DNA of 64,000 bases from Desulfuromonadales bacterium (GCA_029210745.1 JARGFI010000009.1:852-64851), one strand, 5' to 3'; numbered from the stretch's first letter, positions 18,480 through 29,085 are shown. The notes: a model not told the origin generated them from the letters alone. Translations and numbers: made by a program.

Positions 18480-20225
18480 ATGAGTCTGGTTGGAAATCTT
18501 GAAGACCTCGGTTTAGGTGACATTCTGCAGATTGTCAGTTTGAGTCGCAAGTCAGGTATTTTGGCGTTACAAAGCCGTGAACGCGAAGGCACCGTCGTGT
18601 TTAACAACGGCGAAGTAGTGCGTGCCACGTCAAGTGTCATTCGTGAGAATCTTGGTGATTTACTGCTGCGTAAAGAACTTGTCGATCTTGATACGCTCAA
18701 GCAGGCCATTCAGGTGCAACGGGAAGAAACACCGGATGTTCGTCTTGGCACCATTCTGGCCGAGCGTTTCGGAGTATCCGCCGATGCCATTAATGAAGCG
18801 GTTCGCGAGCAGATTGAACGTATTGTGTACAGTTTTTTCGGGTGGATGGAAGGCACATTCTCCTTTGAACTGGGCGAGTTGAAAGAGCAGGAAACGACGC
18901 GGTTCAACCCACTGCAATTTATTCTCGACAAAGGGTTGAACCCCCAATGGCTGGCAATGGAGGGAAGCCGCATCCTTGATGAGAAACGTCATCAGGGGGG
19001 GGCTCTTGAAGATGAGGTTGTTGAATCAAAAGTTGATCTTGGCGCATTGCTGGGTGAGGGTGATAACGACGCGTCGGCAGCCGTGGATTCTTCACCGGAG
19101 CAGGAGCTGCCACCAGTAACGGCTGATGAAGATCATTCCGCTTCGACAGCACCCTCGTCCGATGCAAAAAATGGTTCCAGTCAAACCGTGTTGATTGTTG
19201 ACGATGATGATCTAACGGTTGAGATGCTTGCCGAACAGTTGAGGGTCCACGGGTTTGAGGTTGTCGGTTGTCGGACCGCCGCTGAATTTGAGACACGACT
19301 GGATGCACTGATCGCCAAGGGGGGTAAGCCGCGGCTGTTGGTTGACATGATCATGCCCCGGGTTGACGGTGGTGGATTGCTCGGTGGCCTTGAATTGCTG
19401 GAAGTTGTCTGTGCCCGTCATCATGGTTTGGATCTCGTGGTCATGACCGATTACGAGAATGCTGAAGCGGCGGCCCGCTTGCGTGAACTGGGGGCCCGGG
19501 AAATTCTTGAAAAACCCAGTAAGGACCAGTTGCAACAAATACAGGGACAGCGCCAGATTGCAGCTTTGGCGACGGCCTATGTCAATTTAAAAACGACCGC
19601 TGCGGCATCGACACTGCCTGCCGGGATGATCAATATCGGTGCCGAATTAATGCTCGAATTTGGTGACGACGAACCATCGTCACTGCCGCAGCGTGGGCCT
19701 GAATCGCCGGGCCTGCATCTGCTCAAGGGGATGTTGCAGGAATTAAACAATCCGGCCCTGGGTGGCGGTATTATTTTGCTCGTTCTGCGTTTTGCCAGTG
19801 AGCTGATGAACCGGGCGGTGATTTTTCTGGTCAAAGAACAGGAGATTGTCGGTCTTGGGCAGTTCGGTATTGAGTTGAACGGTGAAAGTGCCGACGTTCG
19901 CGTGCGTAAAATGCGCATTGTCCGCGGCGAAGAATCAGTTTTTAACCAGGTTGTTTCCAGCATGGCACCGGTCAAGACCCGTCTCACACCGTGTCGATGG
20001 GATCAGTATCTGATCAATGAGCTGGGCGGTGACGACCCGCAAGAAGTGTTTCTGGGCCCGTTGGTCAGCGAAGGGCGGGTCGTCGCGTTGCTGTACGGTG
20101 ATAATCTCCCCGAGCAGAAAAAAATTGGTGACACCGAAGCGCTGGAAGTCTTTCTTTCCCAGGCGGGGCTGGCGATGGAAAAAGCTGTGATGGAACGACG
20201 CATGCAGAACAGGAACGCTGTTTAA
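18480..20225 (+). CDS. DUF4388/PATAN-domain response regulator with C-terminal GAF-like domain
   Basis: MSLVGNLEDLGLGDILQIVSLSRKSG (DUF4388), central receiver VLIVDDDD...LVDMIMP, C-terminal GPLVSEGRVVALLYGDN. Confidence 0.8.
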   Translation: MSLVGNLEDLGLGDILQIVSLSRKSGILALQSREREGTVVFNNGEVVRATSSVIRENLGDLLLRKELVDLDTLKQAIQVQREETPDVRLGTILAERFGVSADAINEAVREQIERIVYSFFGWMEGTFSFELGELKEQETTRFNPLQFILDKGLNPQWLAMEGSRILDEKRHQGGALEDEVVESKVDLGALLGEGDNDASAAVDSSPEQELPPVTADEDHSASTAPSSDAKNGSSQTVLIVDDDDLTVEMLAEQLRVHGFEVVGCRTAAEFETRLDALIAKGGKPRLLVDMIMPRVDGGGLLGGLELLEVVCARHHGLDLVVMTDYENAEAAARLRELGAREILEKPSKDQLQQIQGQRQIAALATAYVNLKTTAAASTLPAGMINIGAELMLEFGDDEPSSLPQRGPESPGLHLLKGMLQELNNPALGGGIILLVLRFASELMNRAVIFLVKEQEIVGLGQFGIELNGESADVRVRKMRIVRGEESVFNQVVSSMAPVKTRLTPCRWDQYLINELGGDDPQEVFLGPLVSEGRVVALLYGDNLPEQKKIGDTEALEVFLSQAGLAMEKAVMERRMQNRNAV

Positions 20226-20249
20226 TGATTATTAATTTGCAACAGGAGT

Positions 20250-20627
20250 ATGTCGCTGGTGGCTAAAAAAATACTGATTGCAGAAGATTCTGCCACAATG
20301 CGATCGTTGATTGTTTCGACGATCAGTGCCATGGGCAATTATGAGACGATTGAGGCCGCCAACGGTTTCGAAGCGTTGCGCATTTTGCCACAGGAAAAAG
20401 TCGACCTGGTTATTACCGATATCAATATGCCGGATATTAACGGGCTTGAGCTGGTCAGTTTTATCAAAAAAAACCCGAACTATCAAACAACTCCGCTTTT
20501 TATTGTCAGTACAGAAGGGAGCGACCGAGATCGCGAAAAGGGGATGGCACTCGGTGCTGATGCCTACCTGGTTAAACCGTTTTCGCCGGTTGAATTGCAA
20601 GCATTAATCAACAAATATCTGGGCTAG
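20250..20627 (+). CDS. cheY: CheY-like single-domain response regulator
   Basis: ILIAEDS, ITDINMP, KPF; immediately upstream of cheA. Confidence 0.9.
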   Translation: MSLVAKKILIAEDSATMRSLIVSTISAMGNYETIEAANGFEALRILPQEKVDLVITDINMPDINGLELVSFIKKNPNYQTTPLFIVSTEGSDRDREKGMALGADAYLVKPFSPVELQALINKYLG

Positions 20628-20636
20628 GAGCTGACG

Positions 20637-22685
20637 GTGTCAGAAATTAAGTCATCCCGTGCAGTTCATGATTTCCTCGCGGAAGCTGAAGAGATTATTG
20701 AGAAACTGAACCTTGATCTTATCGCATTGGCTGATCGTGCGGAGAGCGCCGACTTCAGCCCCGAGTTGCTGAATGAAATTTTCCGTGGCGCACACTCGCT
20801 GAAGGGGCTGGCCGGTATGGTTGGTTTCGATGATATCGGCGAGTTGTCGCATCATATGGAAAATTTACTCGACGGTTTGCGGCTGGGCAAAGTGCAGCTG
20901 ACCGTTGAACTGATTGACACGCTGTTCGTCTCCCTCGAAGTTTTATTGAAAATTGTTCATGGTAAAGGGAAAGATGAGTTATTTACCGTAGATTTGACCA
21001 CCGTGCTGTCGCGTATTGCCGCGCTCGGCAAGACACCTGCGAGTCCCGACGAGTCACTGCTGACGACATGCGGTGTCGATGCAAAGATTCTTGATGTTCT
21101 GACCGAATATGAAGAGCACCGTCTCCTCGAAAACCTGAAGCAGAAGCGCCATCTTTTCCGAGTGAATGCCGTGTTCAATCTGAGTAGTTTCGATCAGGAT
21201 TTATCAGAAATTTCAGAATTGCTGAAACAGCAGGGTGAAATCATCAGCACGTTGCCGAGCTCCGGCGATTTCAGTGACAAAATTGCATTTCAGCTTCTTT
21301 ATGGCACCCGTATCAACCGTGATGAAGTGGTGGCACTCCTTGGACACGATGAAATTGCAGTGATCCCGGTGGGAGATGAACAGCCGTCACAAGAGTTTGC
21401 GGATGCTGCGCAAGCTGTTGCCGTTTCGCCCGCTTCTGCACCGAGCACCGTTGGCAGCGCGGAGGCGGGCAGTGACGCCTCCGCGCGTTCGATCAGTCGT
21501 ACCGTACGCGTCGATATCGACAAGCTTGATTACCTGATGAATATCGTTGGTGACTTGGTCCTTGCCAAAGGAGCGATTGCGACGATTGCTGATCAATTAC
21601 GCGCTCAAGATGATTCTCTCGGTGGCGAGTTGCAGAAGGCAACCCGGTCGCTGGAACGGCGGCTTGATGAACTCCGCGACGGCGTTATGGACGTCAGGAT
21701 GGTTCCGGTCGGTCAGTTGTTCGAAAAAATGGCGCGTATCGTTCGGCGGGTTGCAAACGAACATGGCAAAAAAGTGGTTCTGGAAATCCTTGGTGGCGAT
21801 ACTGAACTCGACAAAATGATTGTCGAGGACCTTTCCGACCCGTTGATGCATATCATTCGCAACTCAATCGATCACGGCATTGAAAGACCTGAAGAGCGTG
21901 TCGCCAAGGGTAAACCGGAAAAGGGGATGGTCAAGCTTCAGGCGATGCAGCGTGGTAACCATGTTGTCATTGCTATCAGTGATGACGGGCGTGGCATAGA
22001 TCCCGACTTGATCCACAGCAAGGCGATCAAGAAGGGGTTGGTCGGCAAGGATACTGTTATGTCGCGCGATGCGATCTTTGACTTGTTGTTCACTCCCGGA
22101 TTTTCCACCCGGGATGAGGTCAGCGACTTGTCCGGTCGCGGTGTCGGCATGGATGTCGTGAAAACAAATATTGGCAACATGTCGGGAATGATCGAGATTG
22201 ACAGTACCGTAAATGCAGGTACGACCATATCGTTAACGCTGCCGATTACCCTGGCCATTATCAAAGCGCTGATTGTCAAGGTGTGTGGCCGCACCTACGC
22301 GATCCCGATTAATTCAGTCCTTGAAACACTCATGATCGAACGACGTGATATTCGGACGATTGAGCGGCGAGAAATGGTTGAGTTACGCAAGATTACTTTG
22401 CCGTTGCTGCGCCTGGGGCATATTTTTAACCTGGAGGAAAAGAAGAGCAGCAGTGATCGGCTCTTTATTGCTGTGGTCGGTCTGGCGGAAAAGCGGATGG
22501 GGATCGTTGTCGATGAGCTGATCGGGCAGCAAGATGTGGTCATCAAGTCGCTCGGTTCCGTACTGTCGTTTGTTCGCGGGGTTGCCGGGGCCGCAGATAT
22601 GGGGAATCAAAAAACGATTCTGGTTCTCGATGTCGGCGGTTTGCTGTCTGATACATTGCGTGGTGACGGTTCGATCCATGTATGA
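20637..22685 (+). CDS. cheA: Chemotaxis histidine kinase CheA
   Basis: Hpt FRGAHSLKG, TVRVDIDKLD, HIIRNSIDHG, DDGRG, SGRGVGMDVV, C-terminal CheW-like P5. Confidence 0.97.
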   Translation: MSEIKSSRAVHDFLAEAEEIIEKLNLDLIALADRAESADFSPELLNEIFRGAHSLKGLAGMVGFDDIGELSHHMENLLDGLRLGKVQLTVELIDTLFVSLEVLLKIVHGKGKDELFTVDLTTVLSRIAALGKTPASPDESLLTTCGVDAKILDVLTEYEEHRLLENLKQKRHLFRVNAVFNLSSFDQDLSEISELLKQQGEIISTLPSSGDFSDKIAFQLLYGTRINRDEVVALLGHDEIAVIPVGDEQPSQEFADAAQAVAVSPASAPSTVGSAEAGSDASARSISRTVRVDIDKLDYLMNIVGDLVLAKGAIATIADQLRAQDDSLGGELQKATRSLERRLDELRDGVMDVRMVPVGQLFEKMARIVRRVANEHGKKVVLEILGGDTELDKMIVEDLSDPLMHIIRNSIDHGIERPEERVAKGKPEKGMVKLQAMQRGNHVVIAISDDGRGIDPDLIHSKAIKKGLVGKDTVMSRDAIFDLLFTPGFSTRDEVSDLSGRGVGMDVVKTNIGNMSGMIEIDSTVNAGTTISLTLPITLAIIKALIVKVCGRTYAIPINSVLETLMIERRDIRTIERREMVELRKITLPLLRLGHIFNLEEKKSSSDRLFIAVVGLAEKRMGIVVDELIGQQDVVIKSLGSVLSFVRGVAGAADMGNQKTILVLDVGGLLSDTLRGDGSIHV

Positions 22686-23493
22686 AGATTTTTACGGATT
22701 TACCGAAAAACCGTTCAGCAAAACGCCCGATCCACGCTTTCTCTATCATGGAAGCAAACATCGAGAGGCTCTGGCACGGTTGCTCTATGCTGTCGAAGAA
22801 CGCGATCTGATTCTGTTGACCGGAGAAATCGGTTGTGGCAAAACAACCCTGTCACGGGCATTGATGGACGAGCTGGATGACAGCTACCGGGTCATGCTTT
22901 TTATTAATCCACGCCTGACACCGATGGAATTTTTACGGACGCTGGCGATCCGGCTTGACATCGCAGAGCCCTCACAGTTCAAAACGGATCTGCTTGAACA
23001 GATCGGTGGTGAGCTGTTCAGCCTTTATCAACGAGGGATTTGTCCGGTACTCATCATTGATGAAGCACAACTTATCCCGCACAGGGAGACGTTTGATGAA
23101 ATCAGGCTGTTGACCAATTTTCAACTGGATGATCAAAACCTGATGAGCGTTGTCCTGATGGGACAACCGGAATTGCGGAAACGGCTGATGCATCGAGCTT
23201 ACGAACCGTTAAGACAACGTATTGGCATGCAATATGATCTCAAACCGTTGACATTGGCAGAAACCTCCGAATACATCGACTTTCGTCTGTCTGTGGTCGG
23301 TGGAGCTGCCGGTTTCTTCACCTTGCCTGCGGTCGAAGTCATTTATACTTACGCTCAGGGTGTTCCGCGCAAGATTAATCATGCGGCATCCCTGGCATTG
23401 CTCGAAGGCTTCGGCTGCGAGGCGACAATGATCGATGTGGAGATTATGGAAGCTGTGATGCGCGAGCTCGATTTATCCGGTGTCTGGAACTGA
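22678..23493 (+). CDS. ExeA/GspA-family AAA+ ATPase (stand-alone ATPase domain)
   Basis: MYEDFYGFTEKPFSKTPDP, GEIGCGKTT, IIDEAQ, GQPEL, LRQRI, GVPRKIN; start overlaps the cheA end. Confidence 0.88.
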   Translation: MYEDFYGFTEKPFSKTPDPRFLYHGSKHREALARLLYAVEERDLILLTGEIGCGKTTLSRALMDELDDSYRVMLFINPRLTPMEFLRTLAIRLDIAEPSQFKTDLLEQIGGELFSLYQRGICPVLIIDEAQLIPHRETFDEIRLLTNFQLDDQNLMSVVLMGQPELRKRLMHRAYEPLRQRIGMQYDLKPLTLAETSEYIDFRLSVVGGAAGFFTLPAVEVIYTYAQGVPRKINHAASLALLEGFGCEATMIDVEIMEAVMRELDLSGVWN

Positions 23494-23506
23494 GCGGGGG
23501 CAACGA

Positions 23507-24298
23507 ATGGATCTGGCTAAAATCAGAAAAAAAGCAAAAAATCAGACCAAAACAGGTGTCCCGGATCCTGCGCCCCCGGTACGAAAGAGTGCGCGTGAAT
23601 CAGCTTCAGTGCAGGCGACACCCAACGGAGCAGAGATGCGGGTGGAAGCGCTTCAACCATTCGTTGCGCCGGACGTGCCACCCAAGGGACAGGCTGCTGC
23701 CACTGTAAACGCGGGGGAGACCGGCGCTGTGCTTGAGGTCGGCGGTAAAGCGTTGCCGTTGTCGAGGGTCAATCCGCTCGACGAATTGTTTCGTCAAACC
23801 CCTGATATTCAGCTGGCAACCGAAGACAGCTATCTTCGTGCCTTGACCGATGTGCACAGTGTCGATGAGGATGTTCGGCAATGGTTGACCTTCTCGTTGG
23901 CTGACGAAGAGTATGCGTTAAACATTGAGACGATCGACGAAATATGCAAGCCACGCGAAGTCACGGAAGTCCCCAATGCTCCGCCGTTCGTTCTTGGCCT
24001 GATTTCTCTGCGCGGCAAGATTGTCCCGGTCTACGATTTGCGGAGCAGGTTGCAACTCGGGGCGGTTGAAGCGACAGCCGCAACGCGCATTATTGTGTGT
24101 CAAACGGAGAATAAAATTGTTGGCCTGCTGGTCGACAGTATCACCCAGGTGGTACGCTTGGCAGACGATGAAATTGAGCCGCCGCCGATGGTGTTGTCCG
24201 GGCTGGATCGTGATATGCTTGACGGAGTCGGCAGAAGTCAGGATCGAATGATCATCCTCCTGAATCTGAATAACGTAATAACCATAGACAGGGATTAA
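23507..24298 (+). CDS. cheW: CheW with long N-terminal extension
   Basis: C-terminal CheW (LTFSLADEEYAL, VPNAPPFVLGLISLRGKIVPV); Pro/Ala-rich N-terminus. Confidence 0.9.
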   Translation: MDLAKIRKKAKNQTKTGVPDPAPPVRKSARESASVQATPNGAEMRVEALQPFVAPDVPPKGQAAATVNAGETGAVLEVGGKALPLSRVNPLDELFRQTPDIQLATEDSYLRALTDVHSVDEDVRQWLTFSLADEEYALNIETIDEICKPREVTEVPNAPPFVLGLISLRGKIVPVYDLRSRLQLGAVEATAATRIIVCQTENKIVGLLVDSITQVVRLADDEIEPPPMVLSGLDRDMLDGVGRSQDRMIILLNLNNVITIDRD

Positions 24299-24317
24299 TT
24301 TCCGGAAGGAGTGGATT

Positions 24318-24692
24318 ATGGCAAAACAAAAGATTCTGATTGTCGAAGATGAAGAGAGTTTGCTCAAACTGGAGAGTATTTTACTCACCTCAAAAGGCTA
24401 TCAGGTCCGTGGCGTGACAAACGGTCAGGCGGCACTTGATGCCATCGAGGAAGACCCTCCTCACCTTGTTCTGCTCGACATTATGCTCCCTGAAATTGAT
24501 GGTTTTGAAGTTTGTCGACGGATTAAAACAAATCCTGCGACCAGGGATATCCCGGTTATCATGCTTACCGCCAAAAAAAGCCGTGAAGATATGGCGCGTG
24601 GCGAAGAGGTCGGCGCTGACTGGTATGTCACCAAGCCGTTCAAATCTGCCATGGTGATTGAGACGATTCAGCGTTTTATTGACAGGTCATGA
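24318..24692 (+). CDS. Single-domain response regulator
   Basis: ILIVEDE, LLDIMLP, MLTAK, KPF. Confidence 0.9.
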   Translation: MAKQKILIVEDEESLLKLESILLTSKGYQVRGVTNGQAALDAIEEDPPHLVLLDIMLPEIDGFEVCRRIKTNPATRDIPVIMLTAKKSREDMARGEEVGADWYVTKPFKSAMVIETIQRFIDRS

Positions 24693-25207
24693 CAAGGGTG
24701 AATATGTCGACATTCCCGCAAAATGAACAGATAGATTCTCAGGAAGTACAGCTGGCGTGTTTTCATGTTGGCGCTGAGATCTATGCCCTTGATATCATGC
24801 GAATCCGTGAAATTATCCGACCGCAGCGCCTGACTCCGGTCCCTAAGGCACCGGCATTCATCGAGGGGGTCATTAACCTGCGCAGTGCGGTTATCCCGAT
24901 TATTGATTTGCGCAAGCGTTTTGATCAGCCGGTGCGTGAAAACAGTCGTAAAACCAGAATCATTATTTGCTCACTGACCGGGCGGATTATCGGTTTGATC
25001 GTTGATGAAGTGCTGGAGGTATGTCGCTATACGCGTAGTGAGATTCAGCCGGCACCGCATTATCTCAGTGGCAGGGGAGCTGATTTCTTTCTCGGCGTCT
25101 GTCGGCGCAGTGATGATCTGGTGATGTTGCTCGATCTGGAGAAAATCCTTACCTCAAATGAAAAAATCAATCTGGAACTTATAAACGATCATTCGGTCGT
25201 TTCCTAA
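24689..25207 (+). CDS. cheW: CheW
   Basis: YALDIMRIREII, VPKAPAFIEGVINLRSAVIPIIDLRKRF. Confidence 0.92.
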   Translation: MTRVNMSTFPQNEQIDSQEVQLACFHVGAEIYALDIMRIREIIRPQRLTPVPKAPAFIEGVINLRSAVIPIIDLRKRFDQPVRENSRKTRIIICSLTGRIIGLIVDEVLEVCRYTRSEIQPAPHYLSGRGADFFLGVCRRSDDLVMLLDLEKILTSNEKINLELINDHSVVS

Positions 25208-25238
25208 TGTCCGCCTTATCCGCTTAAAGGTCTGTTGA

Positions 25239-26180
25239 ATGATAGTCAGTTGTCCTTCATGTCATGCACGGTATCGCCTTGACCGTAACAAGCTCAATGA
25301 CAAACGGGTTACATTGAGATGTGCCAGGTGTCGTCAGGTTTTCAAGGTTGCAACCGGCAACCAGGACAATGGGAAATTTTCCCCTGCCAAGGATTTTCCT
25401 TTTCGTGTGCTGGTCGCTCATGGAGACTCCTTATTGTGCGATGCAGTGGGCGAGATTCTTAAACAGGGACAAATCAGCTATGACGTTGTCAATGACGGCA
25501 ATGTTGCATTTGAAATGGTTCAAAATAAAGTGCCGGATGTTGTGCTGATCGATGTTGCGCTACCGGGACTGTTTGCTTTTGAATTGGTACAAAAAATTCG
25601 CGAAAATGTTCGTCTTGAGAAAACCACGTTAATATTGCTTTCCTCTGTATACAATAAAATGGCTTACAAGCGACGCCCTGATAATCTTTATGGCGCTGAC
25701 GGCTATATAGAAAAACACCATCTTTCCGATGATTTGGTGCCGATGCTGAATCGTATCCAGTTGGGCGTAACGCAGGCTCTTAAGAAACGCCCTGCGGAGC
25801 TTCAGGTCGAGGGAACGGTTGCTGTGGAGAGCCAGGATGTCCCCGCATACAACGACATTGGCGCAATGAATCAGCATATTCAGTCTGCCGAAGAACATGA
25901 GTTGGCGACAGATATTCCTGATCAGGACATCGCTCGTGCGCGCCGGTTGGCGCGGATTATTGTTTCCGATATCGCCCTGTATAACCAGTCGCGGGTTGAG
26001 GAGGGGATCCGTAACGGAAGCTTCATGGAAATCTTTGCCGAAGAACTCGCCGAAGGACGTCGATTATTTGCGGAGCGAATCAGCAAAGATGTCCAAAGCC
26101 GTGAGGATTTTCTTGAAACGGAGATTAAACGTTTTTTGAAACAGAGAATTCTTGATATGCAGGGCAACAAAGACAGGTGA
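25239..26180 (+). CDS. Zinc-ribbon (MJ0042-like) + atypical receiver-domain protein
   Basis: CPSC...CARC N-terminus; receiver with VLVAHGD in place of the acidic pair and VLIDVALPG; C-terminal ARRLARIIVSDIALYN domain. Confidence 0.8.
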   Translation: MIVSCPSCHARYRLDRNKLNDKRVTLRCARCRQVFKVATGNQDNGKFSPAKDFPFRVLVAHGDSLLCDAVGEILKQGQISYDVVNDGNVAFEMVQNKVPDVVLIDVALPGLFAFELVQKIRENVRLEKTTLILLSSVYNKMAYKRRPDNLYGADGYIEKHHLSDDLVPMLNRIQLGVTQALKKRPAELQVEGTVAVESQDVPAYNDIGAMNQHIQSAEEHELATDIPDQDIARARRLARIIVSDIALYNQSRVEEGIRNGSFMEIFAEELAEGRRLFAERISKDVQSREDFLETEIKRFLKQRILDMQGNKDR

Positions 26181-26184
26181 CCCC

Positions 26185-28200
26185 GTGACGGAATGGACTG
26201 AATTGCAAACAATGCTTGCCTCAGCTGATGAGGAAACGCGGCTTGATGCCTTGCGGCGCTTGCCTGCCGGTGATACGGACGCTGCATTGCAACTGATATT
26301 GCAGGCTTTGGGCGATTCGAGCTGGCGCGTTCGCAAACAGGCTGTTGAATTGTACCTGCAACGGACTGATGTTGATCAGAGCGCCGGAAAAGTTGTCGAA
26401 CAACTGTACTCGCCGGACAATGCCGGTTTGCGAAATGCGGCGGTTGAAATTCTTATTCGTCTCGGATCGGTCGTGACCAGACGGATGATTGCTGAAACCC
26501 ACAGCGCTGACCACGATGTACGTAAGTTTGCTATCGATATTCTTGGCGGAATATCTGATTCTGATTGTACTCCTGCATTGATTGATGCCTTGCGTGATCC
26601 AGATGAAAATGTTCGCGCGGCAGCTGCTGAAAATCTTGGAAATATCGGTTCAGACGCTGCCGTACCGGCGCTCCTGAGCGCAATGGAGAGCGCCGATTTG
26701 CTGTCCCGGTTTACGATTCTGGAGGCAATCGGGCGTATCGGCCGACCGGTAGCGATCGCGGAGTTGCTCCCCTATAAGGATGATCAGTTACTGCGCAAGC
26801 CGTTATTTGAATGTCTGGGGCGCGTTGGTGATGCCGAAGCTTTTCCGGTGTTGATGGAGGGGATTATCTCCGGACCGGCGAACGCCAGTGAGGCCGCTAT
26901 CGTGGCATTACAACAACTGGTGGAACGGTGCGGCGCGGGTTTTGACAGCAACCTTTCTGCCGACAATTCGCGTCTTCTGGCACAGACACTCGGCACTTTT
27001 TTCAGCCACAATAAACGAGAAATTCGCCGTTCGGCGGTTAACCTTTTTGGGCTTTTACGCGATTGTGATAATGCCGAAAAGCTTCTCGATCTGTTGTCTG
27101 ATGAAGAGGTTCAGGATAATGCATTCAAGGCACTGGTAGCTCTTGGCAGTGACGGCGCAGAACGTCTGGCGGATATCTGGTCGCGCGTTGATGCCGCTAA
27201 GCAGTCATATATCGCCTATCTTTTTGGACAAACGGCCTATCGCAAAGGGGTGCCATTATTACTCGAAGCGATTTCCTCGTCCGATCCACAATTACGTGAA
27301 ATTGCCGCCGGAGCGTTGGGGAAGGTCGGTGACGCCGATGCATTAAAGTCCCTTGTCAACCTTTTTTCAGATGAAGTCGACCGGGTCAGGGATGCAGCGA
27401 CCGAGGCGGTTATCCGCCTGGGCGGAGCCTATACTCAACTGGCTCTGGAAGAAATTCGCACGTGTCTCGACCATGCTGATGCCGCTACACGCATGGCGGC
27501 TGTTGCCGCGTTAGGCAGGTTGGGGGGTGTCGATGCAACTGAAGTTCTACTGGAATCATTAAAGGATGTCTCCCCCCAGGTCAGACAGGCCGCAGTTCGG
27601 GCATTCACTCCTTCGCGTGATGAAACGACGATTGAGGCAATAGCATTGGCGCTGATGGATGAAGATGCCGGCGTGCGGCGATTGGCTGTTGAGAAGCTCG
27701 GCATGTGCGCCGACCTTGTCACCTTGTCCCCCTTGAAACTGGCATTGGCTGACGATGATGTCTGGGTACGCTCTGCGGCAGTTCGCGCGATCGGACTGAT
27801 CGGCGGCGCAGCACAGCTGCCGGTCATTGAGCGATTGTTGTTTGATCCTGTCGGTCTGGTGAGTATCGCCGTGCTTGATACGGTTGAAAAAATCGTTCCG
27901 GAGCGGGTTAACGATCTTTTCACCCAGGCCCTTGAACACCCAGACCATGAAGTGGTGATCGCCGCGATTCACGGTCTGGTGCGCAACGCCCAAAAAGATG
28001 TGCTCTCTGCCAAGTCGACACTGTTGTCCGCACATCGTTCCGTGGAAGTCAGAACCGCTCTTTACCGCGCCCTCGCTGAATTGTCAGGGAACGAGGCGTT
28101 GCCGATCCTGACCATATATCTGGAACGTGAGCAGGATGCGCTGGCAAGAGAACAGCTGTTGTCGTTGATCGATAATTTAAAAGCAGCTCATGGATTGTAA
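26185..28200 (+). CDS. HEAT/PBS-lyase repeat protein
   Basis: Many repeats of the L-x-D-x3-VRxxAxxxLG type; likely GTG start at 26185. Confidence 0.9.
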   Translation: MTEWTELQTMLASADEETRLDALRRLPAGDTDAALQLILQALGDSSWRVRKQAVELYLQRTDVDQSAGKVVEQLYSPDNAGLRNAAVEILIRLGSVVTRRMIAETHSADHDVRKFAIDILGGISDSDCTPALIDALRDPDENVRAAAAENLGNIGSDAAVPALLSAMESADLLSRFTILEAIGRIGRPVAIAELLPYKDDQLLRKPLFECLGRVGDAEAFPVLMEGIISGPANASEAAIVALQQLVERCGAGFDSNLSADNSRLLAQTLGTFFSHNKREIRRSAVNLFGLLRDCDNAEKLLDLLSDEEVQDNAFKALVALGSDGAERLADIWSRVDAAKQSYIAYLFGQTAYRKGVPLLLEAISSSDPQLREIAAGALGKVGDADALKSLVNLFSDEVDRVRDAATEAVIRLGGAYTQLALEEIRTCLDHADAATRMAAVAALGRLGGVDATEVLLESLKDVSPQVRQAAVRAFTPSRDETTIEAIALALMDEDAGVRRLAVEKLGMCADLVTLSPLKLALADDDVWVRSAAVRAIGLIGGAAQLPVIERLLFDPVGLVSIAVLDTVEKIVPERVNDLFTQALEHPDHEVVIAAIHGLVRNAQKDVLSAKSTLLSAHRSVEVRTALYRALAELSGNEALPILTIYLEREQDALAREQLLSLIDNLKAAHGL

Positions 28201-28203
28201 CCG

Positions 28204-29085
28204 ATGATTTTGTTTGCCCCCGATATTCCCATGAGCGATGACGAGTTTGTTCTGTTGAAGGATCTTGTCTATCAATATTGTGGTTTGCACTTCACTCCTG
28301 AGACCAAGTATTTGCTCGAAAAACGTCTGGCAAAACGGCTTCAACATCATAAGCTGGATTCGTTTCGCGACTACTATTACGTGTTGCGCTACGGTCAGGA
28401 CAAAGAAAAAGAATTTGCTGAAGTCGTCGATTCTTTGACCACGAATGAAACCTATTTTTTTCGGGAAGACTTCCAGCTCAAGTCATTTACCGACGAGATA
28501 TTGCCGGAGATAAGTGAACGCAAGATGAAAACGGGCACGAAACGTCTGCGCATCTGGAGCGCGGGGTGTTCGTCAGGCGAGGAACCTTATTCAATTGCCA
28601 TGCTGCTTCTCGATATGCCTCAATTTAACGACTGGAACATTGATATCATCGGTACCGATATCAGTCATCGGGTTCTGCGCCTGGCGCGCGAAGGAATCTA
28701 TGGCGCGTCGTCATTTCGTTCGACCTCTCCAGATTATCAACAGCGTTATTTTCTCCCTGAGCCGGGGGGGAAGTCGAAGGTTGCTGATCGCGTCAGGAAG
28801 TTGGTCACATTCAGCCATTTAAATCTTTTTGACTCGGCGCGCATTGCGCTGCTGGGCAAGATGGACGTTATTTTCTGCCGCAATGTTATTATCTACTTTG
28901 ATGTGGCCGCTAAAAAACGCGTCGTGGAAAATTATTACGAACGGTTGCATCCGGAAGGGTTTCTGTTGCTGGGACATTCCGAATCCTTAATCAAGGTAAC
29001 CAACCTCTTTCAGTTGCGACACTTCAAGCATGACATGGTTTATCAACGACCAAAACCTTTGCAGGAAATGGTGATGACGCGATGA
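28204..29085 (+). CDS. cheR: Chemotaxis methyltransferase CheR
   Basis: TTNETYFFRE, IWSAGCSSGEEPYS, DVIFCRNVIIYFD, LLGHSE. Confidence 0.96.
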   Translation: MILFAPDIPMSDDEFVLLKDLVYQYCGLHFTPETKYLLEKRLAKRLQHHKLDSFRDYYYVLRYGQDKEKEFAEVVDSLTTNETYFFREDFQLKSFTDEILPEISERKMKTGTKRLRIWSAGCSSGEEPYSIAMLLLDMPQFNDWNIDIIGTDISHRVLRLAREGIYGASSFRSTSPDYQQRYFLPEPGGKSKVADRVRKLVTFSHLNLFDSARIALLGKMDVIFCRNVIIYFDVAAKKRVVENYYERLHPEGFLLLGHSESLIKVTNLFQLRHFKHDMVYQRPKPLQEMVMTR

